Shown here: positions 1-10,675 of the stretch, piece after piece
Position numbering within the stretch: position 1 is the stretch's first letter
Layout: every line of letters begins with the position of its first letter
Assembly (NCBI GenBank): GCA_963701075.1
Contig: OY969559.1
Coordinates: forward strand, 672,001-736,000
Direction of reading: 5' to 3'
Length of the DNA: 64,000 bases
From: an uncultured Nitrososphaerota archaeon
Lineage (GTDB): Archaea; Thermoproteota; Nitrososphaeria; Nitrososphaerales; Nitrosopumilaceae
The notes under the pieces: generated by a model
Told to the model about the DNA's origin: nothing
Seen by the model: the letters and a program-made list of their open reading frames with translations, nothing else
The model's database searches: none
Program-made: the position numbers and the translations under genes

Positions 1-723
1 TAGTATATCCATATAGCTCTTTATCGGTGGTGGGATCTCATCCCCACATGCTATTCCCAAATTCTTTGCATTTATCCAAATCACAAGAGTCTGAAGGATT
101 GTTAGAAATCTGGCATTTTCTATATCTTTGGATGATGATATTGTCTTTGAATATCGTTCTGCAAATTCCCACGCGGTAACAAAATCTATGCAATCAGTTC
201 CAAATATTGCAATAACTTGTTCTTTTAGCTCATCTGATTTTTTGAATGGAGTTACATTGAGAATGTAAGGAAATTCTACCTTATCAGGTAGACAACCAGG
301 CAATGGACCCCATATGGTTATGATTCTGCAATCTTTTTTTAATGTGGAAAATTTTTGCGTCATTTTTTCTACAATGGTCTCATCTGAAAACCAAAATAGG
401 ATTACAGTTGCCTCGCTGATATCGGACTCTAAAACATCCTCACACTTTAAAACCCAATTAGAAAGATTTTTGCCTTCAAGTGTTTTCTTGGCAGATGAGA
501 TTTTCTCACTGTTGTTATCCACACCAATTGCTTTTTTTACTCCAAATTCTTCTAATGCAATGGCTAAACCATGTCCGTTGCCACATCCTAAATGATAAAA
601 AATATCATTTTTGCTCAAGGAGACAAACTCGAAAATCTCCCTGAGTATATCATCTCGCAATTCAACATTTTCGCCTGTCATAATTGATGCAGGAAGTGTG
701 CTTAGATATTCCTCTATTTTCAT
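1..723 (-). CDS. SAM-dependent methyltransferase (runs off the window start)
   Basis: Manual translation from ATG at 723 gives MKIEEYLSTLPASIMTGENVEL...DIFYHLGCGNGHG (SAM-binding motif I). The frame is open to position 1 and is absent from the ORF track because it has no stop in the window. Confidence 0.75.
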   Translation of the reverse strand, partial: MKIEEYLSTLPASIMTGENVELRDDILREIFEFVSLSKNDIFYHLGCGNGHGLAIALEEFGVKKAIGVDNNSEKISSAKKTLEGKNLSNWVLKCEDVLESDISEATVILFWFSDETIVEKMTQKFSTLKKDCRIITIWGPLPGCLPDKVEFPYILNVTPFKKSDELKEQVIAIFGTDCIDFVTAWEFAERYSKTISSSKDIENARFLTILQTLVIWINAKNLGIACGDEIPPPIKSYMDIL

Positions 724-748
724 ACTAAAAGAAGTCTCTAGACTAAAT

Positions 749-1022
749 TTATTCCCTTATTCTCTCTAGGGTGGATACAGCCTGCCATAGCGTTACTCTC
801 ACGTATGATGGCATGTTTGGGTCTTGTGTTATTTCGTCAAGTACGCTTATGGCATTCGAAGACTCTTACGGAAACAGAATATTCCTGTTTTTTTAGTTCA
901 ATTACTAGATCCGAGAGATTTTTCTTTATATTTTTTGGAGTTGAAGGATTTGTAGTTATATCTTCAAGCGTAATGATTGCAGCATTGAGAGTTTCATCAT
1001 TTGGATTTTTCTTTTCTGTCAT
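749..1022 (-). CDS. UPF0147 family protein (apparent +1 frameshift near 863)
   Basis: The N-terminal ORF (PSTPKNIKK) continues in another frame as SNAISVLDEITQDPNMPSYVRVTLWQAVSTLERIRE*, the typical UPF0147 C-terminus. Confidence 0.8.
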
Positions 1023-1068
1023 ACATGGATCACGCTAAACTAATTGTACTTATTTTATAAAGTTTGCA

Positions 1069-1377
1069 TCATGCTTCTAAAAAGATGTTTCCTGATTCTA
1101 CTATTACTTTGTATGACTGTAAATCCTTTATTTTGGCCGGAAAAGCTGAAAGATTTCCTGTTTTACAATCAAATTTTGCTCCATGCCAACCGCATGTCAA
1201 CATCTGTCCCTCTAAACTTCCTTCAGAAAGACTAGCCCCTGCATGTGTACAAGTATCATTCATTGCATAAAAATTGCCATCTATATTGACCACTAGTATC
1301 TCCTTTCCGTCAGCTGCCACCTTTTGCATTTTGCCTGGTGGAATATCTGCGGCCTTACAAACAATTATTTTTCCCAT
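1069..1377 (-). CDS. Rieske [2Fe-2S] ferredoxin
   Basis: CTH...CGWH Rieske motifs; 102 aa. Confidence 0.92.
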   Translation of the reverse strand: MGKIIVCKAADIPPGKMQKVAADGKEILVVNIDGNFYAMNDTCTHAGASLSEGSLEGQMLTCGWHGAKFDCKTGNLSAFPAKIKDLQSYKVIVESGNIFLEA

Positions 1378-1438
1378 GACTAATCTTCTCTTTGCAACTC
1401 AATAATTTTAATGTTCTATGTGTATTGGCATGAAAACT

Positions 1439-2299
1439 CTAGACAAACTTTATTGTATTTTCTAATTTCCCAAGACTTTCTATTTCCATCTCTATTTTAT
1501 CGCCATTTTTCAAAAACACAGCATCAGGTTTGTTTAGCATGACTCCTGCAGGAGTACCAGTTGATATGATATCACCTTTTTCCAATGTCATTACCTTGCT
1601 TAGGATTGAAACTATTGAAGCTACTTTGAGATGCATGTTTGAGGTAGATGAATTTTGTCTGATGATACCATTTACTTTAGTTATCATCTTGAGATTCTGT
1701 GGATCGGATATTTCGTCAGAAGTAGTTATCCAAGGTCCACATGGAGCAAATGTATCAAATCCCTTTGCACGAGTGAATTGTTTATCTTTAGCTTGTATAT
1801 CCCGGGCTGAAGCATCGTTTAATATCATATAGCCAAATATGATTTTTTTTGCCTCTTCCTCTGAAATATTTTTGCAGTCTTTTCCTATTATCAACGCAAG
1901 TTCTATTTCATAATCAAGCTTTGACACAAATGATGGACAAATTATGTCGGAAGTTGCTCCATTGAGTGTTGATCTTGGTTTTATTATTATGGCAGGTTCA
2001 TCTGGCGGGATTAAGTTTTGTTCTTTTGCATGATCCTTATAGTTAAATGCTAGACAAATTATTTTTGATGGATTTGGAATGGGAGGCAGAAGTTTAAAAT
2101 CTGATATTTTATTATCATAGTTAAGCTGAGAAGCTTTTTGTTTTATTTCATCATACCAACCGTCGAACAAAAAGTCCTTGATGCTCTGTGGTATTGGAAT
2201 TCCTGTTTGTGTAGCAATGCTTTCTCTTGTAAGAACTTTGCCCTCATTAACAAATCCATATGTTTCCATGTTTTCTTTTACTAATCTAGCAATCTTCAT
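1439..2299 (-). CDS. Fumarylacetoacetate hydrolase family protein
   Basis: KIICLAFNY, DYEIELA, NDASARD, KGFDTFAPCGP and GDIISTGTPAGV motifs. Confidence 0.92.
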   Translation of the reverse strand: MKIARLVKENMETYGFVNEGKVLTRESIATQTGIPIPQSIKDFLFDGWYDEIKQKASQLNYDNKISDFKLLPPIPNPSKIICLAFNYKDHAKEQNLIPPDEPAIIIKPRSTLNGATSDIICPSFVSKLDYEIELALIIGKDCKNISEEEAKKIIFGYMILNDASARDIQAKDKQFTRAKGFDTFAPCGPWITTSDEISDPQNLKMITKVNGIIRQNSSTSNMHLKVASIVSILSKVMTLEKGDIISTGTPAGVMLNKPDAVFLKNGDKIEMEIESLGKLENTIKFV

Positions 2300-2304
2300 T
2301 TTAT

Positions 2305-4011
2305 TCACTTGTGCGTGTATATCACTTGATTTGCAGAATCTTTTCTACAATATCCGTATCTTACGAACTGAATTTCTGTACCCACATTTAATTCTAAGTA
2401 GTGCGGTTCAGTAAACGCTTGTTTGATTTCCAAGCTGTTTTCATTGAATTGTTCATTTACAAAAAGAATTTTTGGAATTAAAACCTCGATTTTTACAACA
2501 TTTTGTCTAGGAATCCACTGAATCTTTGGAATTTGAGGCTTGAAATTATTGTCTGTCATCTCTGCCTCTATATCTATTCCAACTTTGGTTATTCTGATAT
2601 TGTACAACTCCAACAGTCTTATTTCATCTCCAACTTTCAGAGATTTTACATCATCACCTGATATGTAAAAAGATCCATCCACCAGGACTTTCCTTTTGCC
2701 CATGTCTTTCTGTGGATGATTTGGTATGTCTATCTCTGTCAGGTTGTTGTTTTTTACTGTTAATTTTACAGGATCCATGACAATGAATAATCTGATGCTT
2801 GTTGGGTCAACTATTTTTCTATTAAATGACTCTAAAGTTTCAAAAGGTGCAAGGGTGTCAGATTTTGTGAAACTCAATGAAAGCACAAACTTTCTAATTG
2901 CCTCAGGAACAATTCCACGTCTTCGCATTGCTTCAAGAGTTGGCAATCTTGGATCATCATAGCCCGAAACTTTCCCATCTTCTACAAGCGGCTTCAATAC
3001 TCTCTTAGATACGGGCATTCCATCAAACTCTAACCTTGCAAATTCAAGAACTGTCGGTTTTCTCATTTTGAGCTTATCTAGAATTGCATAATAAAGCTCA
3101 TTTCGGAGCTCATATTCTTTCGTTCTAAACGCATGTGTTATGCCATCAACACTATCTTCTATAGCTACTGCAAAATCATAATTTGGCCATACCCTGTACT
3201 TATCTTTGTGAATTGGATGAGGTTCATCTATTATTCTTAGTAATGTGGGATCGCGCATAACTGTGTTTTCAGAATGCATATCTCCGCGAAATCTTACAAT
3301 TGCCTCTCCAGGTTTATACTTTTTAAACATGTCATTCCAACGTTTTGTGTTTTGTGAAAGATCTCCTGAACTACATTTACACGATAACATTTCACGTCTG
3401 TTTTTACTTATTGTTTCCTTGTTGCAAGTGCATACATATGCACTTCCGGATTGAATTATTTCTTCCGCCTTCTTGTACATTAATTCCATGTCATCTGAAG
3501 TATTCTTTACATGATCATACTTTACGCCCAACCAATCTAACCCTACTTTTATTGCGGCATAATACTCTAATCGTTCCTTCTCTGGATTTGTATCATCAAA
3601 TCTAAAGATTAGTTTGCCTCCATACATTCGTGCATATTCTTCGTCTATTATTGCAGCTTTTGCATGACCTATGTGTGGATATCCATTAGGTTCTGGAGGA
3701 AATCTAGTGACTATTTTTCCTTGTTCCGCTCCATCGAGAGGTGGTAGGCCGTCTCTGGCCTGTTTTGGTTTAGCTACAAGCAATTCTGGAAATTTATTTT
3801 CAAGCTCTGATTTCTGTATCGGTAGTGAAAGTGTGTTTACTTCATTTACTATCTCAGAAATGATAGGTATTACCTCTTTTGTTTTCCCTCTAAGTTCGGG
3901 TCTAGACCCCATAACTTTTGAAATTACTGCATCGTTTCTAGTTTTTCCATCGTGTTCAGAGGCATTTAACAGAGCAATTCCACGTATTATTTTCCTTATC
4001 TCGTCATCCAA
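2305..4011 (-). CDS. gltX: Glutamate--tRNA ligase
   Basis: TRFPPEPNGYPHIGHAKA (HIGH motif), DDPRLPT, archaeal N-terminal domain. Confidence 0.96.
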   Translation of the reverse strand: MDDEIRKIIRGIALLNASEHDGKTRNDAVISKVMGSRPELRGKTKEVIPIISEIVNEVNTLSLPIQKSELENKFPELLVAKPKQARDGLPPLDGAEQGKIVTRFPPEPNGYPHIGHAKAAIIDEEYARMYGGKLIFRFDDTNPEKERLEYYAAIKVGLDWLGVKYDHVKNTSDDMELMYKKAEEIIQSGSAYVCTCNKETISKNRREMLSCKCSSGDLSQNTKRWNDMFKKYKPGEAIVRFRGDMHSENTVMRDPTLLRIIDEPHPIHKDKYRVWPNYDFAVAIEDSVDGITHAFRTKEYELRNELYYAILDKLKMRKPTVLEFARLEFDGMPVSKRVLKPLVEDGKVSGYDDPRLPTLEAMRRRGIVPEAIRKFVLSLSFTKSDTLAPFETLESFNRKIVDPTSIRLFIVMDPVKLTVKNNNLTEIDIPNHPQKDMGKRKVLVDGSFYISGDDVKSLKVGDEIRLLELYNIRITKVGIDIEAEMTDNNFKPQIPKIQWIPRQNVVKIEVLIPKILFVNEQFNENSLEIKQAFTEPHYLELNVGTEIQFVRYGYCRKDSANQVIYTHK

Positions 4012-4989
4012 TTATAGAGTCCTCTCTACTACAAAATCTAACAAGGAAAGCAGATCTTTCCTTGCGGGATTATCATACCTAGAAATGGATTTCTTTGCAG
4101 TATCCAAGTGGTAAGAAGCTTTTTTTCGTATTGTTTTTTCAATTCCAAGAGATGATATTACTTCCACGGCCTTTTCCACTTCGGTCTTTGATATTGATAT
4201 ATTCCCAAAGGCATTGAGAATGATTCTTTTCTCTTTTCCCTCTGCAAGTTTTATGGCTAAAAGAATAGGTAAGGACTTTTTCCCTTCTCTTATGTCATTT
4301 CCTACGGGCTTTTTTGTAATTCTGGGGTTTCCTATGACCCCAATCAGATCATCAATTATTTGGAAAGCTATGCCTAGATTTTTGCCGTAAATGGCAAGTC
4401 TTCCCACATCTGATTTTGTAGTATTTGCAGAGAGAGCACCCATTGCACAAGCCGCTACAAATAGAGATGAAGTCTTTTTTTCTATCATCTTTATGTATTG
4501 TGGTTCTGTGGGAATAATCTTTGACTGGGCCATACTTATGTCTAATACTTGTCCCTCGCACACATCACTACATGCTCTTGAAAGTGTAGATATGAGAGAA
4601 AGACTTACTTCTTTTGGAATATGCATGGCAGAATCTGAAATAATTTCAAATGCTTTTGAAAAAAGCAGATCGCCAGCTAGAATTCCAACTGGAATGCCAA
4701 ATTTCATATGTACTGTAGGAACTCCATGTCTTACTTCGTCTTTATCCATAATGTCATCATGAACTAATGTGAAGTTATGTATCATCTCAACTGCAGCAGC
4801 TGCGGGAATTGCTTGTTTTATGGATCCTCCTAAAAGCTCACAGCTCTTTAGGACCAAATATGGTCTTAGACGTTTTCCTCCGTGCTCAATTAGATAACTT
4901 GCAGCCCTGTATAGATCCGAGGGTTCACCTTTTAGCCTAGACAAGAGAAATGAATCAATTCTTGTTGCTATCTTAACAACATTATTCAA
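4012..4989 (-). CDS. Polyprenyl synthetase (GGPP synthase)
   Basis: GGKRLRP, HDDIMDKD (FARM) and FQIIDD (SARM) motifs. Likely TTG start overlapping the idi stop. Confidence 0.92.
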   Translation of the reverse strand: MNNVVKIATRIDSFLLSRLKGEPSDLYRAASYLIEHGGKRLRPYLVLKSCELLGGSIKQAIPAAAAVEMIHNFTLVHDDIMDKDEVRHGVPTVHMKFGIPVGILAGDLLFSKAFEIISDSAMHIPKEVSLSLISTLSRACSDVCEGQVLDISMAQSKIIPTEPQYIKMIEKKTSSLFVAACAMGALSANTTKSDVGRLAIYGKNLGIAFQIIDDLIGVIGNPRITKKPVGNDIREGKKSLPILLAIKLAEGKEKRIILNAFGNISISKTEVEKAVEVISSLGIEKTIRKKASYHLDTAKKSISRYDNPARKDLLSLLDFVVERTL

Positions 4990-5630
4990 TTGCGTTCCTC
5001 TTTCAACTCCCACCGATGATCTGGAAAATGATATTTCAAAGATGCTTCTAAACGATTTTTGAGGTCGTCTCTGTTCCACATTTTAAGAATTTTCTTGTGA
5101 TCTTCTGTCACATTATTCTTTGACTCGGAAAGAAAATACAACGCAACTAGCATCCAAGGACAGAAGATCTGTGGGGATTTCTCAATTTCAGATAAAAGCT
5201 CATCAAATGTTACCAATTTGATTGCAGAGATTTCGTCTTCTACGAGTTTTATTTTCTTAGAATCTTTTACTATGCCTATGAGAGTGCCACAAACCTCATT
5301 TTCAGAACCTATATTTTTGTATGGAACATGGTATTCAAACTTGAACAAGTAATCCAATTTGCAAGTTATTCCAAGCTCTTCTGGGAGTCTTCTTTCCGCT
5401 GAAGGCACATATGTTTCAGATTGTCTGGGATGACTTGCAACGGTTCCATCCCAATCTCCAGGCCAAAGCATCTTGCTCATACTTCTCTGTGTTAACAAAA
5501 GTTTTCCATCATTACTGAATAACAAAATTGTAAATGCCCTGTGTAATTTTCCATTAAGCAGGTGGCATTTTGTTTTCTCTTCAGTTCCTACCTGATTATC
5601 GTTACTGTCTACCAGAATTAAATACTCCAT
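4986..5630 (-). CDS. idi: Isopentenyl-diphosphate delta-isomerase, type 1 (Nudix fold)
   Basis: LHRAF, WPGDWDGTVASHP, ERRLPEELGI and ENEVC motifs; lies in the mevalonate cluster. Confidence 0.88.
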   Translation of the reverse strand: MEYLILVDSNDNQVGTEEKTKCHLLNGKLHRAFTILLFSNDGKLLLTQRSMSKMLWPGDWDGTVASHPRQSETYVPSAERRLPEELGITCKLDYLFKFEYHVPYKNIGSENEVCGTLIGIVKDSKKIKLVEDEISAIKLVTFDELLSEIEKSPQIFCPWMLVALYFLSESKNNVTEDHKKILKMWNRDDLKNRLEASLKYHFPDHRWELKEERN

Positions 5631-5636
5631 CTTTGT

Positions 5637-6377
5637 TTATCCTCTAAATATAGTCCCTTCAAATTCTTTGTCATTTATTGCATTCACTATTCTTTGAGGT
5701 ATCTTTCCATTCACAAAGAAGACGTTAGTTCCACTCTTCGACATATCAATAGCCTCTTTTATTTTACGATTCATTCCTCCAGTAACATCCATTTTTACAT
5801 CTGAAATTGTAGGTCTCTCTGTAGTTATTTCATGAATTAATTTTTTAGTCTTGATGTTGGAGTATACCCCATCTACATTTGTTACAAAAATTGCAAGACG
5901 AGGTTTCAAGATTCTAGTCAACATTCCCATTATTTTGTCTCCAGACAATATGTAGAACTTATTTTTGCCAAACCACATGACATCCCCATAAGAGATAGGA
6001 ATCAGTCCAGTATTGGAAATTTTTGGAATCTCTTTAACTTTTTTTATTATTGGCTTGTTTCCAAAAATAAAATCAGTTGGAGGTAAGCAGTATGGATTAA
6101 GACGTGATCTAAGAAATGATTGAAGAACCAGTTTATTTAATTCTACCATGGAATTCTTGACAACTGAAACACCTTTGACACTATATCTGTCAGGTTTTGT
6201 GTGCATGTTATATTTTACAGACCAGTAATGTCCAAAAGAACCTCCCCCATGAACTATCATATATGGCTCCTTTACCTTTCTCAAGTGAGAAGCAATTTGT
6301 TTAATCGCAGGTACATTGGCTGTTAGTGGTTTTTGTTTGTTTGTAATTATTGATCCGCCCAGTTTGATCAAAATCAT
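5637..6377 (-). CDS. ipk: Isopentenyl phosphate kinase
   Basis: IKLGGSIIT, VHGGGSFGH, SGD and DVTGGM motifs of the amino-acid kinase family, with the IPK histidine. Confidence 0.9.
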   Translation of the reverse strand: MILIKLGGSIITNKQKPLTANVPAIKQIASHLRKVKEPYMIVHGGGSFGHYWSVKYNMHTKPDRYSVKGVSVVKNSMVELNKLVLQSFLRSRLNPYCLPPTDFIFGNKPIIKKVKEIPKISNTGLIPISYGDVMWFGKNKFYILSGDKIMGMLTRILKPRLAIFVTNVDGVYSNIKTKKLIHEITTERPTISDVKMDVTGGMNRKIKEAIDMSKSGTNVFFVNGKIPQRIVNAINDKEFEGTIFRG

Positions 6378-6451
6378 GATTTTTAACAATGATATGGTCG
6401 GTTTTAAAAAGTATCTCTCATGTTTCTGCCTATAATCATTACGAAGGAGTT

Positions 6452-7412
6452 TTAACTTGTATTGCAATAGATTAATCCATCAAAGTCTATCTTTGCAATA
6501 AAACAGTCACTGATTTTTTTTAAATTCTCTAATGTGATGGTTGCATTAGACTCATCTACTAGGGAAATTATACAACCGCCTCCTCCTGCTCCTGTTATTT
6601 TAGCTCCATACGACGTCTTGGATGCTTCTTTTATGAGAAGATCAAGCTTATCTGTTGACACATTTATTTTCTCTAATAATTCTTGATTTTCTGATATTAG
6701 AGAACCTAGTTCGTTTAGATTGTTTTCTTTCAATTTCAACAATGCCTCTCTTATCAATTTCTCCTCCTGTTTGCACATTTCCGCAAACATCTTTTCATTC
6801 TTGTTTTTAAATTCCCTTACCTTCAAAACAATTTCTCTTGTACTGTGAACCTGATTTGAGTTTGCTATTATCAAACTAAGATTATTTTTAAAATCAATTT
6901 TCTCAAATCCATTTTTGTCATATGACACAAGTCCACCAAAAGTAGAGACGGATGAATCTGCACCTGACACATCTTCAAATATTACACGTTCAGATTCGAT
7001 AGATCTCTTTAGAATCTGTTCCTTTGACTTTTTATCAAATAGTCCAGCAACTGATGCTGTTACGGCAACGCATGCAGCTCGAGGATGATCCAAGACCTAT
7101 TCCTGCAGGAATATCTGATTTTAGAACTATCTCTACGCCTTTGTTTTCATTGAATTCTTTCAAGGTTTCTTTTGTAATGTAAAAAAAAGGCTTCATAAAT
7201 CTAGTTGATATTGAATTCATGTCTGACGATGCATCCAAAGCAATCTCGGCATTTCCCAGTTCTGACTTTATGCGTATCTTTGGTTCATCTAAAAACTGAG
7301 AAGTTGCTGTAATCCTCTTATCTATGGCACAAAGTATTGCCTTGACACCATATACTACAAAATGCTCTCCAAAAAGAATTACCTTACCTGGAGCTGATGC
7401 TGTTGATTTCAT
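6452..7412 (-). CDS. mvk: Mevalonate kinase (apparent +1 frameshift near 7079)
   Basis: APGKVILFGEH and PAGIGLGSSS are in the upstream ORF; SGAD and GAKITGAGGGG are in the downstream ORF. Confidence 0.92.
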
Positions 7413-8245
7413 GAAAAAATGATCGATGCATATCCTACCACTGAATTTTTTTCACCTGTGACATCTCCACTGGTAGCATACTTTGCTAAGGTACCTCTAG
7501 TAGCGCCCAATTCTTTGCAGGCTATCATGGTAGAAGCTATCGCTCCATATCCGCATGCACTAACTTGATTCTTCTGTAAAATGTTATAGAGTTCATCGAT
7601 ATCCATTTTCAATATGGGTTCGATCAAAGATTTGTCTTGCTTATGTGCAAATTCATTTTCTTCATAATGTGTAAAGTCGGAAGAACCAATTATCACAGTT
7701 TTTTTATTTTTTACTATCTTTGATACTGACATGCCTATTTCTGTAGCAGCATTGTAGCTCTGATCTATCAAAATTATGGGTAATATCTTAAATTTATGAG
7801 AATAGATTTCTTGTAGCATTGGTATTTGTACTTCAAGACTATGATCTCTTGTATGTGAAAAAAAATCCAATTCTACATTCTTTGATACCTTGTTAATCTC
7901 AAGTGCTGCATCTGTATCAACCTCAACATCTCCAAGTGGTGTCCTCCACACCGCGTCTTTCATTGCAGCTATGTTACAGCCAATTCCCCAATGATTTGGC
8001 CCTATGATTATTACAAGATCTGGTTTTAATGAAGAAATTGCATAATAAGAGTATGCGGCAATTGGGCCAGAGTACATGTATCCGGCATGAGGACAAATGA
8101 CTCCGATTGTGTTTTTGCCATCTGGAAAGGGAGGTAATTTTCCAGGGCCGAAACTATGTAGGAAACAATCTCTAATAGTTGATCTTAACTCTTGTTGAGT
8201 TTTTGGATAGAACATTCCAGTCACAGCTGGTGTTCTTACCTGCAT
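7409..8245 (-). CDS. MEMO1 family / AmmeMemoRadiSam system protein B
   Basis: PHAGYMYSG, GPNH, DHSLEVQ, SSDFTHY, ACGYG and VVGYAS motifs. Confidence 0.92.
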   Translation of the reverse strand: MQVRTPAVTGMFYPKTQQELRSTIRDCFLHSFGPGKLPPFPDGKNTIGVICPHAGYMYSGPIAAYSYYAISSLKPDLVIIIGPNHWGIGCNIAAMKDAVWRTPLGDVEVDTDAALEINKVSKNVELDFFSHTRDHSLEVQIPMLQEIYSHKFKILPIILIDQSYNAATEIGMSVSKIVKNKKTVIIGSSDFTHYEENEFAHKQDKSLIEPILKMDIDELYNILQKNQVSACGYGAIASTMIACKELGATRGTLAKYATSGDVTGEKNSVVGYASIIFS

Positions 8246-8249
8246 TGTG

Positions 8250-8921
8250 TTATTGCCTCTGATTTCTTGTTCTCAGTGGTGGCATTCTTTCAGATTCTTC
8301 TTCTAATTCTTCTTCTGTTATTTTAGTTTCAAAGTCTTCTATTTCGTATTTCATTGACTCGTCAGCCTTGATATTTCCTTTTTGTAATAATATTTCTCTA
8401 GCTAATAGCCAATAGATTGCAGCAAGAGATTTCCTACCTCTGTTATTCGCAGGTATGACTAGATCAACTTTGGACGTCACATTGTCTGTATTTGCAATTG
8501 CAATGACGGGTATTCCAGCATTCGTAGCTTCCAAAATTGCTTGTTCGTCTACCTGAGGATCTGCTACTAGAACTAATTCTGGTTCTATGTAATAAGGCAA
8601 AAGCGGATTGGTGAGAGTGCCTGGCATAAATCTCCCAAGCATAGGGGTTGCACCTATAAGTTCACAAAATTTTTCAATTGGAGTACTTGCATATTCTCTT
8701 CCTGAACAAATGAATACCTTTGAGATAGTTGCCCTATTGATGAATTTAGCAGCTGTCTGAATACGGGACAATGTTTTCTTGCTATCTATAATGTAAAGAC
8801 CCTCGTTTGTTGCCTTTGTAATGAACGGTATCATGAATTTTGTCTTAACTTGAGTACCTACTCTTATCCCTGTAGACAACACATACTTTTCCATATGTTC
8901 AAATTCTTCTTGCTTAATCAT
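8250..8921 (-). CDS. rps2: 30S ribosomal protein S2
   Basis: GIRVGTQVKT, GRFMPGTLTN and IPANNRGRKS motifs. Confidence 0.95.
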   Translation of the reverse strand: MIKQEEFEHMEKYVLSTGIRVGTQVKTKFMIPFITKATNEGLYIIDSKKTLSRIQTAAKFINRATISKVFICSGREYASTPIEKFCELIGATPMLGRFMPGTLTNPLLPYYIEPELVLVADPQVDEQAILEATNAGIPVIAIANTDNVTSKVDLVIPANNRGRKSLAAIYWLLAREILLQKGNIKADESMKYEIEDFETKITEEELEEESERMPPLRTRNQRQ

Positions 8922-8930
8922 GACGTGTTC

Positions 8931-10168
8931 TTAAATCTCGACCATTCCACGTATTAAATCATACTCTGAGATACGCAGTAACTCATTTAGTTTAGTATTC
9001 TTTCTCCGCCCATAACACCCGCCTTTAACATCTTGGATTTCGTAGCAATTCCAATATGTGATATGTGTGAATCAGATGATTCTCCAGATCTATGAGATGT
9101 GATCAATTTTATATTATTTTTGGACGCTTCCTTTGCAAATTCAATAGCATCGTAAAGACTTCCTGCTTGGTTTACCTTTAAAATGGCCGCATTACATGCT
9201 TTTTTCTTTGCAGCATTCTTCAAAATTTCAGTATTAGTTACTAAAAGGTCATCTCCAGTTATCAAGACGTTCGGAAACTTTTTTGTTAAGATGGCCATAT
9301 CTTCAAAGGCCTCCTCATGAACTGCATCTTCAGCATACGCTAATTTGTATTTCTTTATTATTTCAGAAGCAAAATCAATTTGCTCTTCTGTCGTATTCTC
9401 AAAACCTGCCCTGTCATAGACATATTTCTTTTTATTCTCGTTCCATTGTGTAGTTGAGGCAAAATCCACTCCTAGCGAAACCTCTTTTCCTAATGTAAAT
9501 CCTAATTGTTCGCATGCTCTTGCAGATACTTCCAATGCTTCCTCATTGTTGAGTTTTGGGGCCCAACCACCCTCGTCCCCCCTCCCATTTGTGAATCCGG
9601 GGTCTTTTTTTGCTAGTATCTTCCCAAGTTCTTTGTGCACTGAAAAATTAACTTCGATGGAATCTCTTATGGTTTTTGAACCAGTAGCACAAACTAGTAT
9701 TTCTTGAATATCTGGAGTTCCATGACCAGCATGAGCCCCGCCGCCTAAAATATTTCCCAAGGGAAATGGAAATCTAAGATCAGAATCTTTGGTTAATAAT
9801 TTGAACATTGGAATTCCGTCTGATTTTGCTGCAGACTCTATTGCTGCTATAGTGAGAGAAAATGCAACCGAACCACCAATTTGCGAATAATTAGAAGTTG
9901 AATCTATTTCTCTTAGTGTTTCATGAATAGATTTTAAATCAGAAGGATCAAGTCCGATGAATTTTTTTTCGTTTGCTTTTAAGATCTCAAGACCTTTCTC
10001 AGGCGCATTGTCTGGAAAACCTATTGCCTCATATTTTCCTACACTTGCACCAGATGGTGCACAAACTCTTCCCATGTATCCATTGTTTGTGATTACATCA
10101 ACTTCGATTGTTTTACATCCTCTGCTGTTGTAGAGTAATCTCCCCTTTATTGACGCAACCCGTGCCAT
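8931..10168 (-). CDS. eno: Enolase (apparent 1-nt deletion near 8995)
   Basis: APSGAS, GDEGG, KVNQAGS and SHRSGES motifs. The shifted frame supplies KLNELLRISEYDLIRGMVEI*. Confidence 0.92.
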
Positions 10169-10169
10169 T

Positions 10170-10406
10170 CTACTCTAGCTCGGATTGAACTTCTTGCTCC
10201 CTTCTCCTTATTGCTTCATAAAATGGAATAACTTGGTGAATCGTTTCCACTGCTGTTAACATCATAGTTCTACAACAATATCGTTTTAATCCTAAGGAAT
10301 TTAGGACCTTTGCTGGATCCTCACCGCTTTTTACACGATTTTGGTACTCTTTGAATTTATCTGCAATTAAATTTCCACAAGTAAAACACCTGACAGGAAT
10401 TAGCAC
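10170..10406 (-). CDS. rpoN: RNA polymerase subunit N (Rpo10)
   Basis: IPVRCFTCG...RYCCR. Confidence 0.96.
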   Translation of the reverse strand: MLIPVRCFTCGNLIADKFKEYQNRVKSGEDPAKVLNSLGLKRYCCRTMMLTAVETIHQVIPFYEAIRRREQEVQSELE

Positions 10407-10458
10407 ATTTTAAAAAAGTAATCAAGGCTTATAAAAACCATACATGGGTATTGCATCT

Positions 10459-10543
10459 GCGGGAGTCGCCCAGCCTGGTCAAAGGCGCTAGCTTGAGGGG
10501 CTAGTATCTTAGGATTTCGAGGGTTCAAATCCCTTCTCCCGCA
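10459..10543 (+). tRNA. tRNA-Leu(GAG)
   Basis: GCGGGAG/CTCCCGC acceptor stem, CTAGC-TT-GAG-GG-GCTAG anticodon arm, long variable arm, GGTTCAAATCC T-arm. Confidence 0.95.
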
Positions 10544-10675
10544 CTTGACAATTGCGTTATGACAAAATCATCTTATTTGATAAAATTATTCAATTGTACT
10601 GTGATTTGGTATCTATTGTGTGAAATAGATTGTGATTTGGTAAAGCCCTTATTTGACATAAATTTTTGAAACTAC

